From contig CAZUSA010000001.1 in the NCBI GenBank assembly GCA_964622835.1, forward strand, positions 159,468 through 223,467: a stretch of DNA of 64,000 bases, read 5' to 3'. The position numbers were made by a program, and so were the translations under genes. The stretch is from Candidatus Woesearchaeota archaeon. Lineage in GTDB: Archaea; Nanobdellota; Nanobdellia; SCGC-AAA011-G17; UBA489. Positions 29,099 through 38,255 of this stretch are shown here, in pieces; position 1 is the stretch's first letter, and every line of letters begins with the position of its first letter. The notes beneath the pieces were generated by a model. It saw only the letters and a program-made list of their open reading frames with translations. It ran no database searches and had not been told where the DNA came from.

Positions 29099-29685
29099 AG
29101 TTATTCAACCAGTGGGAAACACAAGGCATTCAGATTACTGATGCTTCTTTGAAGCGAATGATCAATGTTCGTCCGGCGTTAATTGCTAAATCGCAAGGTC
29201 GTAATGCTTCACAACGGTTTTATCGAAGTAAGACAAATATTGTTGAGCGTTTAATTGCTCGTTTGATGGTTCCTGGTCATCGTGGGAAGAAACATAAGAC
29301 AACGTCAGGTAGATGTTCTGGTAAGTATATGACGTGTTCTCGTGTTGCTCGTGAGACATTACATTTGATTGAAGCGAAGACAAAGACAAATCCTATTCAA
29401 GTATTAGTAACTGCTATTGAGAATGCTGCTCCTCGTGAAGAGATTACGACGGTGGAGTATGGTGGTGCACGATATCCACAAGCAGTTGATTCTTCTCCTC
29501 AACGTCGTATTGATGTTGCATTACGTATTATGGTTCAAGGTGCATATCAAACATCGTTTGGTAAGAAAAAGAAGATGCGTGACGCATTAGCTGAAGAGAT
29601 TCTTGCTGCGTTTGCGATTGATCAAAAGAGTGCTGCTATTGCGAAGAAGTTAGAAATGGAACGTATGGCTGACGCTGCTCGTTAG
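29095..29685 (+). CDS. rps7: Ribosomal protein S7 (uS7)
   Basis: 196 aa. Conserved S7 fold. Sits after S12. Confidence 0.9.
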   Translation: MKLFNQWETQGIQITDASLKRMINVRPALIAKSQGRNASQRFYRSKTNIVERLIARLMVPGHRGKKHKTTSGRCSGKYMTCSRVARETLHLIEAKTKTNPIQVLVTAIENAAPREEITTVEYGGARYPQAVDSSPQRRIDVALRIMVQGAYQTSFGKKKKMRDALAEEILAAFAIDQKSAAIAKKLEMERMADAAR

Positions 29686-30216
29686 TTATTTTTTACTCAT
29701 CTTTTTCTTGGTAATCCATAAGAGTAACGCCAATTCTATACCTATAACGATGACACGTAATACTTTTGACATGTCACCAAAGTATCGTCCTGTGCTGTAG
29801 ATTAATAATAAGATTCCTCCAAACATGAAGCCACTACCAATGACTTCCATGGCATAAAATAATCCAAATAATATAGATGCTACAGCTAACGGTGTAATAA
29901 TAAAGAAGAGATTTCTGTTGTAGACTTCTTGCACGTCATGATATTCGTTGTAACAGGTATTGCATGTATCAAAGACACGACAACCATTCTCCATGGCATA
30001 TTCTGGAACACCTTTTTGTTGTTGACAGGTTTCAACGGCTGCTTCATCAATATCTGAACAATCTTCTGCTGGTGGTGTTAAGGGTTTTGGAGCGATGCGT
30101 TCTGTACAGTAATCATCATATTGTGGTTCTTCATAGATAGCATCAACAAGGAGTCCAACAAAAAGTGCTGCCATAATCGCAATGGCCAATGCCAGGAGTA
30201 ATTCTTTTGTTTTCAT
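29686..30216 (-). CDS. Hypothetical membrane protein with Cys-rich extracellular segment
   Basis: 176 aa. N-terminal TM, 8-Cys ectodomain, 2 C-terminal TM helices. Opposite strand, wedged between S7 and EF-2. Confidence 0.5.
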   Translation of the reverse strand: MKTKELLLALAIAIMAALFVGLLVDAIYEEPQYDDYCTERIAPKPLTPPAEDCSDIDEAAVETCQQQKGVPEYAMENGCRVFDTCNTCYNEYHDVQEVYNRNLFFIITPLAVASILFGLFYAMEVIGSGFMFGGILLLIYSTGRYFGDMSKVLRVIVIGIELALLLWITKKKMSKK

Positions 30217-30304
30217 GATGAATATTTACTTCTTCAAGCATTTATATGTTTTATGAACGAAAAGTATTTGAATAAGTTCGCACTCACAATGAGAGTAATA
30301 ACCT

Positions 30305-30640
30305 TTGGTGATAAAAACGATCAGACTTCGTGTCAGTTTGGATATGCTTACCGCAGATGGGTTTGGGCTGCTCGACCAACCAAAACAGGATATTTCTTTC
30401 AAACCATTACGCCAATCAATATTATTATTCAAACAACCAATAAAACCATTATTTCCTAAGCCCAGGTATGTTGGTACGCTTCGTGATGGAGAAGTGGATC
30501 ATATTGCAACGTATGAACAAAATGGAAGTCCAAGATTCTTTGATTTAGTACGTTACCATCCAGTTGGAAAACCTGATGAAGTGAGAACGGCAGCGGATTA
30601 CAGAAGAGCTTGGGAAGAAGCATCAAATGGATTAGAGTGA
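30305..30640 (+). CDS. Possible small hypothetical protein
   Basis: 111-aa ORF. Its C-terminal half (YVGTLRDGEVDHIATYEQNGSPRFFDLVRYHPVGKPDEV) looks protein-like. Local GC is slightly raised. No homology recognised. Confidence 0.25.
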   Translation: MVIKTIRLRVSLDMLTADGFGLLDQPKQDISFKPLRQSILLFKQPIKPLFPKPRYVGTLRDGEVDHIATYEQNGSPRFFDLVRYHPVGKPDEVRTAADYRRAWEEASNGLE

Positions 30641-30672
30641 GTACAGGCGAATAGCGTCTCTTCTTAGGAAAT

Positions 30673-30684
30673 CTTTATAAACCG
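30673..30684 (+). promoter_or_regulatory. BRE/TATA element tctttataaacc, 20-30 bp upstream of EF-2 ATG
   Basis: Same 12-mer as upstream of S12. Confidence 0.5.
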
Positions 30685-30703
30685 TTTTTTCACGCTTTAA
30701 ATT

Positions 30704-32902
30704 ATGGCGAAGGATATGGTAGAAAGCGTTAAAGACTTAATGCGTAAGCCAGAACAAATCCGTAACATCGCTATTTGTGCTCATATCGACCATGGTAAAA
30801 CGACGTTTTCTGATAATCTTCTTGCTGGTGCTGGCATGCTATCAGAGGAACATGCAGGTAAACAATTAGCGTTAGATTTCCATGATGATGAACAAGCGCG
30901 TGGTATTACGATTGATTCTTCAAGTGTTTCTATGGTGCACACTGTTGATGATAAAGAGCATTTAATTAATTTAATTGACACACCTGGTCACGTTGATTTT
31001 GGTGGTGACGTTACTCGTGCTATGAGAGCTGTTGATGGATGTATTGTATTATGTGATGCTGTTGAAGGTATTATGCCTCAAACTGAAACGGTATTACGGC
31101 AAGCATTACGTGAACATGTGAAGCCTATTTTATTCATTAACAAAGTTGATCGTTTAATTCGTGAAGTAAAACTTACTCCTGAAGCAATGCAGGAACGATT
31201 CCTCAAGATTATTGGTTCTGTTAATGAGTTCATGGATAAGATTGTTCCTCCTGAACATAAGGGTAAGTGGAAAGTTGCTGTGCAAGATGGTTCTGTTTGT
31301 TTTGGTTCTGCGTTCCACAATTGGGCAATGAGTGTTGATTATATGCAGAAGAAAAAGATTTCTTTCAAAGATATTATTGACCATTACCAAGATGAAGATG
31401 ATAATAAATACAAAGAACTTGCAAAATTAGCTCCTTTACATGAAGTGGTATTAGGATCTGTTATCAAACACTTACCTAATCCTGTTACAGCTCAAAAGTA
31501 TCGTATTCCTAATATTTGGCATGGCGATGGTGATTCACCTGAAGGTAAAGCAATTACTAATTGTGATCCTAATGGCGAACCTGCATTTGTTTGTGTTAAA
31601 ATTGTTATTGATCCCCACATGGGTGAAGTGGCAGCGGGACGTATGTTTTCAGGCACGATTAAACAAGGTCAAGAAGTATATTTGAATGGCGCTAAAAAAA
31701 GTGTTCGTGTACAACAAGTAAGTATTTACAAAGGTGCACAACGTATGCAGATGGATGAGGTTGTTGCAGGTAATATTGTGGGTATTTCTGGATTGAAAGG
31801 TATTTTCTCTGGTGAAACTGTTTCAAGTAAACCTATCGAACCATTCGAAGCTATTTCACATATTTTTGAACCGGTTGTTACAAAGTCTATTGAAGCAATG
31901 AAGTCTGCTGACTTACCTAAACTTATTGAAGTATTACGTAAAGTGACAAAAGAAGATCCTTCTATTAAGATTGAGATTGATGAAAAGACGGGTGAAAATT
32001 TAATGCATGGTATGGGTGAGTTACACTTAGAAGTTATTGAAAACCGTATTAAGTCTGAAAAGGGTGTTGAAGTTAAAACATCTCCTCCTATTGTTATCTA
32101 CCGTGAGTCTATTACAAAAGTATCTCCTGAAACGGAAGGAAAGTCTCCTAATAAACATAATAAGTTTTACATTATTGCTGAACCGTTAAATGAAAAAATT
32201 GTTGAAGCGATTAAGGACGGCATTATTCCTGAAGGTCGTGTTAAGAAGAATGATAAGGTCTTATATGAAAAGTTAGACAAAGTTGGTGTTCCTGTAAAAG
32301 AGGGTAAGAAAATTCGGGATATTTGTAATGGTAACATCTTAGTTGATGGTACACGTGGTATCGTTCATATTGGTGAAGTGCAAGAGTTAATCAATGAAGG
32401 GTTTGAACAAGTGATGAAGCAAGGTCCGTTAGCAAAAGAACCGGGTATTAGTATGAAAGTTACGGTTATGGATACGAAATTACACGAAGATGCTATTCAT
32501 CGCGGTCCTGCACAAGTATTACCTGCTGTTCGTGCTGCAGTAAAAGGTGCTATGACGCAAGCAACACCGGTTATGTTTGAGCCAATGCAGATTATTCAAA
32601 TTGACGCTCCTCATGAAAATATGGGTGATATGTCTGGTCTTATTTCTAATAAGCGTGGTCAATTACTTGAGATGAATCAAGAAGGTGATCAAATTGTGTT
32701 AAAGGCAAAGTTACCTGTTGCTGAAATGTTTGGTTTGAGTAATGAGATTCGTTCGATGACGTCTGGTCGAGGTAATTTCTTTTTGATTGATCAAGATTAT
32801 GAACGGTTACCACGTGAATTGCAACAAAAGATTATTACGTCTATTCGTAGTCGTAAAGGTTTGAAGGATGAAGACTTCAAAGAAGAAGGCGAAGAAGAAT
32901 AA
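30704..32902 (+). CDS. fusA: Elongation factor 2 (aEF-2)
   Basis: 732 aa. G-domain AHIDHGKTT, DTPGHVDF, NKVDR. C-terminal diphthamide region HRGPAQ. Confidence 0.95.
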   Translation: MAKDMVESVKDLMRKPEQIRNIAICAHIDHGKTTFSDNLLAGAGMLSEEHAGKQLALDFHDDEQARGITIDSSSVSMVHTVDDKEHLINLIDTPGHVDFGGDVTRAMRAVDGCIVLCDAVEGIMPQTETVLRQALREHVKPILFINKVDRLIREVKLTPEAMQERFLKIIGSVNEFMDKIVPPEHKGKWKVAVQDGSVCFGSAFHNWAMSVDYMQKKKISFKDIIDHYQDEDDNKYKELAKLAPLHEVVLGSVIKHLPNPVTAQKYRIPNIWHGDGDSPEGKAITNCDPNGEPAFVCVKIVIDPHMGEVAAGRMFSGTIKQGQEVYLNGAKKSVRVQQVSIYKGAQRMQMDEVVAGNIVGISGLKGIFSGETVSSKPIEPFEAISHIFEPVVTKSIEAMKSADLPKLIEVLRKVTKEDPSIKIEIDEKTGENLMHGMGELHLEVIENRIKSEKGVEVKTSPPIVIYRESITKVSPETEGKSPNKHNKFYIIAEPLNEKIVEAIKDGIIPEGRVKKNDKVLYEKLDKVGVPVKEGKKIRDICNGNILVDGTRGIVHIGEVQELINEGFEQVMKQGPLAKEPGISMKVTVMDTKLHEDAIHRGPAQVLPAVRAAVKGAMTQATPVMFEPMQIIQIDAPHENMGDMSGLISNKRGQLLEMNQEGDQIVLKAKLPVAEMFGLSNEIRSMTSGRGNFFLIDQDYERLPRELQQKIITSIRSRKGLKDEDFKEEGEEE

Positions 32903-32928
32903 AAGTATTCTATTTTTTTATTATGTAT

Positions 32929-33681
32929 CTAATCACTAGGGACGCCTGCTGCATTTGCAAAGGCCTGATTATCATAAAAAGATATTTTCACATTAGGTTC
33001 TGTTGGCCAGTAACCCTGAATGTAAGGAAAAGGTGATGCAAAAACAGTAAAAAATAGATTATCATCAAAATCTAAACTAATGTAACGCCCTGTTTGTGGT
33101 TCAATAAACACGGCACCGAGTGCACCATCAATAAGAACTGTAACAGCTGTATGTGCATAAAGAGGTTCTTGCGTTATTTCATCATAAACAACAAAATGTG
33201 CATATCCTGCGTTGTATCCTTTTTGCCATTCTAAAAATTGTTCTAAATCCGTAGCAAAATCATCGCAGTCATTGGTAACAGGTGTGTATGTCATACTTGC
33301 AACACCGCTTTCAGCAATATCTTGAGGCAACGTTGCAAGTGAAGGATGATCCTCTGGATTTACACCAACAGGAATAGGAATAAGTGTTCCAGAACTTACA
33401 GATGTATCATTATCAAAGGGAGTACAATGCTGTATTGCACCACCTTGTAATCGACATTGTTGTGCATTAATAGTAGAAAAACAGGTAGCATCAGGATGAC
33501 CATATACTCCTTGCGTACAACAGACAGTACTGCCAGGTGCGTGTGTTAAGGGTGGACTCGTTGTTGCTGTAGGCATGCGACCACCGCTAGGAGATATAAC
33601 AGTTTGTGCAAAAACCAATGAACTCATCATCAACATAACAAAGAGTAATACACTAAACCATTGGATAATATGTGATTTCAT
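32929..33681 (-). CDS. Hypothetical secreted protein
   Basis: 250 aa. Signal peptide MKSHIIQWFSVLLFVMLMMSSLVFAQT. Thr/Pro-rich linker and a Cys-containing domain. Confidence 0.5.
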   Translation of the reverse strand: MKSHIIQWFSVLLFVMLMMSSLVFAQTVISPSGGRMPTATTSPPLTHAPGSTVCCTQGVYGHPDATCFSTINAQQCRLQGGAIQHCTPFDNDTSVSSGTLIPIPVGVNPEDHPSLATLPQDIAESGVASMTYTPVTNDCDDFATDLEQFLEWQKGYNAGYAHFVVYDEITQEPLYAHTAVTVLIDGALGAVFIEPQTGRYISLDFDDNLFFTVFASPFPYIQGYWPTEPNVKISFYDNQAFANAAGVPSD

Positions 33682-33876
33682 GATTAGTAATTAGCCTCTT
33701 CAAATGAATGGAATGAGTAGGATATTCTATTTATAAATCTATATGATAAATTACCATAAAAAGCCTTTAGAGGCCCTTAAAGAGATATAGCTCACAAAAA
33801 GAGCCAAAAATAAGATTTATATACTAGAGTATACACATGAAATGTCTGAAAAAGAGTCCATTCTCTGAAAAATATC

Positions 33877-35295
33877 ATGGCAGAACACTACACGAGTGGA
33901 AGTGGAGAAACACATCAAGTGTATGCACCAACAAGACGTAGATTGATAGCTGTTGCTGGTCTTGTGGGGTTAACATTAGCTTCCCCACTTGCTCGCGCTT
34001 CACAAGTTGCAAATGTACTTGTAAAAAGTGATCCAAAAATATCAAAAACCAATGATGAAAATAGTCGTGAAAAACAAACTGATTTAGAACATAAATTACA
34101 ATCGGACCTGCAAGCCATTTATATGGATACTGAAGGATTTCTACAACAATTAGATAAACAAAAGTATAAAAAATTATCAAAAGATGAAATGCAAGCAGAA
34201 GCAAAATATTTGACAGAGTTATCCCTTCATATGGGAATGCCTCATCTGAGAGGGTTATTATGGTATCATGCATGTGAAAGATTAGATACACAAGCAGTCT
34301 TAGATACCTTAGTTAAACATATTACACCTCCCGAAGAAGAGAGGATAACAGCATTCGAAGAAGGGTATGCATTTGAAGGAGTGGGTTTGATAGGTTGTGG
34401 CTCATCAAAAAAAGTAACTAAAGAACAACGCAAAGCACTTGCAGAGGTACTACAACCAAGAAAAGGCGTGCCAGACTATATTAACATTTCAGCATTACGT
34501 GCAGGAGCTCTTGTTGGACAAACGTATAAAAAGGAAGAACAAAAAGCATTACTTGAAAAATATTATAGATATCTTGAAGAAGCTGTTAAAGAACCGCACC
34601 AATTAGATCTCAGAGAGACAGAAGAAACACATATATCAGACCACACTTTAGAACATTTGTTGTGGACGTGTGGAAGCATGGACGGTATAGGTGGTTTACA
34701 AGATGAATTAAGAGACAGAAAACTTACAAAAGATAATAGAATAAAAAAAATATTAGACAGTGGCGAACCAATTCCAACCTTTAAAACCGTAAGAGATCCA
34801 TTGAAAAATTTATATGATGCCTGGAAAGATCATGGAAAAAGGCAAAGAAAAAGAAATACATGGGGTTCTGTTAAGATAGCAGGTAAAGAGGATTACGAAG
34901 ATAATTTTAGAACAATGATGGATGCTACACGTAGCGATATTAAACATTTTTTACAAGTAGTTGCAAAAACAATAAGTTTGGGAGAAATAACTGGCATGTC
35001 TGGAAATGCAAGCCCTGGTTCAAGAACAATTCGCCTACCAACAAACCTACTTAAAACAAGAGACCCGAAAGGTTTGGTAGCTTCATTAACACACGAAGCA
35101 ACACATCTTTTGGATGTGATTTATGGCACATACCAAGAAGGAAAACCATCCCACTACAAAGAAGAATCACCATTTGTAACAGCTATCACTACAGAGAACA
35201 TCATGGACCAATCAAAACACTCACCTAGTGCAAGTATACTACACAATAGATTAATTCGTAAATTAAAAAAACAACACTGGAAAAAACACTGGTAA
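33877..35295 (+). CDS. Hypothetical protein with twin-arginine-like signal (TRRRLIAVAGLVG...ARAS) and HExxH motif
   Basis: 472 aa. RR motif followed by a hydrophobic stretch and AxA. LTHEATHLLD is an HExxH; a Glu sits 14 residues after the second His (gluzincin-like spacing?). Otherwise unrecognised. Confidence 0.5.
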   Translation: MAEHYTSGSGETHQVYAPTRRRLIAVAGLVGLTLASPLARASQVANVLVKSDPKISKTNDENSREKQTDLEHKLQSDLQAIYMDTEGFLQQLDKQKYKKLSKDEMQAEAKYLTELSLHMGMPHLRGLLWYHACERLDTQAVLDTLVKHITPPEEERITAFEEGYAFEGVGLIGCGSSKKVTKEQRKALAEVLQPRKGVPDYINISALRAGALVGQTYKKEEQKALLEKYYRYLEEAVKEPHQLDLRETEETHISDHTLEHLLWTCGSMDGIGGLQDELRDRKLTKDNRIKKILDSGEPIPTFKTVRDPLKNLYDAWKDHGKRQRKRNTWGSVKIAGKEDYEDNFRTMMDATRSDIKHFLQVVAKTISLGEITGMSGNASPGSRTIRLPTNLLKTRDPKGLVASLTHEATHLLDVIYGTYQEGKPSHYKEESPFVTAITTENIMDQSKHSPSASILHNRLIRKLKKQHWKKHW

Positions 35296-35312
35296 CAATA
35301 AACTTCTAAAAA

Positions 35313-38111
35313 TTAAATTGGTGTTGAAGGAGGACCATTACCAGGTCCAGGTCCATCACCACCTCCACTTTTTTTACCACCACATGCACAACAACTTATT
35401 GGATCTGTAGGATTACCAAAACCACCTGCACAGAAACCAACACCATCAGAACAGAAATCTGTACAATCTGCATCAGATACACATTCAGGCCTATTACCAC
35501 AAGTACTTGTAATTTCATCACCTGGTTCAACAATAATAGGACCACCACCACCACCAGTATCATCTGGTGGATCTGGAGGTATACCGGGACATTGGTTGTT
35601 CCAACCATCACACTCACACGCTGTACCTGAACAATCAGGCGGTACGCCTGTCGGTTTGTCACCATCACCTATACAACCATTGGTGGGATCACCACAATTA
35701 GGACTACAACATACAGGGTCAGGCGGGATATTACAATTAACCTGTGGGGGTCCGCCAAGTTGGATGCACTCTGATGTGTCACAAAACTCACAGGTACTTA
35801 CATCATATGCAGAACAGTCATTATTACACTGCAAAACACCATTACACAATTGTACAACGCCTTGTAATAAAAAGTCATTACAGTTATTACCGAGGGTATC
35901 TGTTGGCGGTGTACCACTAAATGCACCAGGATCGCATACTTCCCCTGGTTCTATTTGGCCATTCCCACAAACAGATGGAGGCGGAGGTGTTCCTGATAAT
36001 GTACAATCATTATTACAACCATCATTATTGTTACCATTTCCATCATCACATTGTTCACCAAATTCTATAACACCATTACCACATCCAGGTACGACAATTA
36101 TTTTTTTTGTTGAAACTACATCTTTTAATCCCGCGTAATAGCCATATTGGCCAGTGATTGCAGGAGGGTAAACATCACAGTGTTTTGCTGTTCCACTGTT
36201 TGCTTGATAACCACATATTTGTGTACCAATGCACGTTTCAGTAGCAGTATTATAGCCTGAGTTATCACATATTTTTACAGTCCCTTTCAGATAGGTATTG
36301 GGATACCAGTTTGTTTCCCAGATACTTGCTTTTGTAAAAGAACCAGGTTGCACGGTATAAGTTGTCATTTTCAAAGTTAACGTTGTATATGTACAATCTG
36401 CATCACAACCGGTTATTCCATCATTGATAGTGTCACCATCATCACAGTGTTCTGCTCCTTCTATAACACCATTCCCACATATTCCAGGACCGCCTTCTGT
36501 TTGACAGCTACTGTCACAGCCATCGCCGTTTGCTGTATTCCCATCATCGCATGTTTCACCTGCTTCAAGAACATTATTTCCGCAGGCACCAATAACACCG
36601 CATGTACAATCTATTTGACAGTATCCTGGACAAGCAGTATCATCTGCTCCATCACATTGTTCGCCACCTGCTGGTTCATAATTATTATTACCACAAAAGT
36701 AGGTTCCGCCAAAGTTACACACAGTGTTATCTGTTGAATCATAATCACATGCATCTCCACAACTGTCGCCGTCTGCGTTTGCTTGGTTGGGTGGTGTGCT
36801 ACATTTTTCTACAAGAACACCATTAGTTGTTTTTCCCGCACAATCTGCATTGCTGGTACAAACAATGTCTGCATCAAAGGGATTGAGACTTGGATCAGGA
36901 TTGGATGATGTACTAACAGTTACACAGGTTCCTTTCAAGACACCGTTGGGATGGAGTGGACAATTATCTAGCCCAGGACAACTACCCCCTGGTAAACAAT
37001 TTCCTAAACCGTCTCCGTCTGCATCATCAGGACCATAACAGGTACATAAACTAGTACAACTGGATAGTCCACAAAGAGCATCATCTGCTCCATCACATTG
37101 TTCACCGTTACTTGTTTCTTGTATACCGTTACCGCAAATGTTTGCACCAACACATGCACTGTCACCATCACATGCACTATCTGCACAGTCTGTTAGGCCA
37201 TTACAATTATTATCTTTGGTGTCTCCACATGTTGTTGGGAAACTTACACCTTCACCAGCTAGTGTATTAATCTGATCATTAGTGTCATCGCAGTCTACGT
37301 TACCACATGATGAACTGTAGAAGTATTCTTCTCCATCACCATCTGCATCACACGTGTTACAAACACCTAAACTACAGTATTCTCCACTGTCACAATCACT
37401 ATCACTTTCACATCCTAAACAAATACCTGATCCACTTGAAGTATCGCAGTTACCATAGGGACAGTCACCGTCAACGGTACAACTAAAAGAACATGCACCA
37501 TCACTGCCAGGTAGACCGCATCCTATGAGTGCAGGGTCCACAGGATTGCTATCATACACACAAAAGTTATCATCGTCACATGTTGCAGTATATCCTGCGG
37601 TCATGTCTTGACAGTCACTTGCGTCATCACAGTATTCACATTGTTCGCCACCAGTAACTAATCCATCGCCACATTCTTGGAAAACAATTTGTCCGTTGGT
37701 TCCATCATTAAAGAGTGTTAAATAGTGAATACCTTTATTTAATAAAAAGTCTAAACTGCCACCGACGAAATAATCCATTTCAAATTGGTCGACTGTTCCA
37801 CCGTAATTTATGGTAATGACTTTACATTGTGTTGTGCCATCTGAGAGTGCATCTGTACATTGATCGAACTGTGCACTTTCTATGTTAGGAACATTAACAA
37901 CAATGGTATCCGAACTACCACTGCCTAAATTACTTAATGATTCAACGACGTTATCTAGTGTATTAACAGTATCGGTCATATAGGGACTTTGTGTTTTCCC
38001 TTGGGATAAGAAGAATAACAGCGGTATGAGAAGAACAAGAATAATTCCCGTAAGAACCATTTGTTCGGTTGCTGCTTGCGCTCGTCGCGCACTACCCCTT
38101 TTGCGAACCAT
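35313..38111 (-). CDS. Giant Cys-rich repeat surface protein with pilin-like class III signal peptide
   Basis: 932 aa. N-terminus KRGSARRAQAATEQMVLTGIILVLLIPLLFF parallels the RGQAAMEFLMTYGWALLVV of the pilins. At least 4 Myxococcus-type repeats (CGNNVLEAGETCDDGNTANGDGCDSSC, CGNGVIEGAEHCDDGD, CGNGVIEFGEQCDDGNGNNNDGC, CGNGQIEPGEVCD). Thrombospondin-3-like Asp-rich Ca-binding stretches (DADGDGEEY). About 13% Cys. Confidence 0.75.
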   Translation of the reverse strand: MVRKRGSARRAQAATEQMVLTGIILVLLIPLLFFLSQGKTQSPYMTDTVNTLDNVVESLSNLGSGSSDTIVVNVPNIESAQFDQCTDALSDGTTQCKVITINYGGTVDQFEMDYFVGGSLDFLLNKGIHYLTLFNDGTNGQIVFQECGDGLVTGGEQCEYCDDASDCQDMTAGYTATCDDDNFCVYDSNPVDPALIGCGLPGSDGACSFSCTVDGDCPYGNCDTSSGSGICLGCESDSDCDSGEYCSLGVCNTCDADGDGEEYFYSSSCGNVDCDDTNDQINTLAGEGVSFPTTCGDTKDNNCNGLTDCADSACDGDSACVGANICGNGIQETSNGEQCDGADDALCGLSSCTSLCTCYGPDDADGDGLGNCLPGGSCPGLDNCPLHPNGVLKGTCVTVSTSSNPDPSLNPFDADIVCTSNADCAGKTTNGVLVEKCSTPPNQANADGDSCGDACDYDSTDNTVCNFGGTYFCGNNNYEPAGGEQCDGADDTACPGYCQIDCTCGVIGACGNNVLEAGETCDDGNTANGDGCDSSCQTEGGPGICGNGVIEGAEHCDDGDTINDGITGCDADCTYTTLTLKMTTYTVQPGSFTKASIWETNWYPNTYLKGTVKICDNSGYNTATETCIGTQICGYQANSGTAKHCDVYPPAITGQYGYYAGLKDVVSTKKIIVVPGCGNGVIEFGEQCDDGNGNNNDGCNNDCTLSGTPPPPSVCGNGQIEPGEVCDPGAFSGTPPTDTLGNNCNDFLLQGVVQLCNGVLQCNNDCSAYDVSTCEFCDTSECIQLGGPPQVNCNIPPDPVCCSPNCGDPTNGCIGDGDKPTGVPPDCSGTACECDGWNNQCPGIPPDPPDDTGGGGGPIIVEPGDEITSTCGNRPECVSDADCTDFCSDGVGFCAGGFGNPTDPISCCACGGKKSGGGDGPGPGNGPPSTPI

Positions 38112-38193
38112 GTATCTATTTCATGATCAAATTCATTTAAAAAGGTTGAGGTCTAGGTGGTTGTAAGAATACTCTCGAGAAAGCCTACCACAA

Positions 38194-38206
38194 GCTTTAT
38201 AAATCG
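38194..38206 (+). promoter_or_regulatory. BRE/TATA-like gctttataaatcg upstream of EF-1alpha
   Basis: Same ctttataaa core as the other operon-internal promoters. Confidence 0.4.
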
Positions 38207-38255
38207 TTTTCAGGTTACGATTCATACGCACTCAAGGGAGTAATATTACAATAAA

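Noticed and set aside
35396-37186. Several 60-180-aa plus-strand ORFs (35596-36138, 36447-36737, 36602-36826, 36787-37038) inside the giant Cys-rich gene
   Set aside because: Antisense reading frames of a long, well-supported minus-strand CDS. Pro/Ser/His-rich low-complexity translations typical of reverse frames of Cys/Gly/Asp codons.
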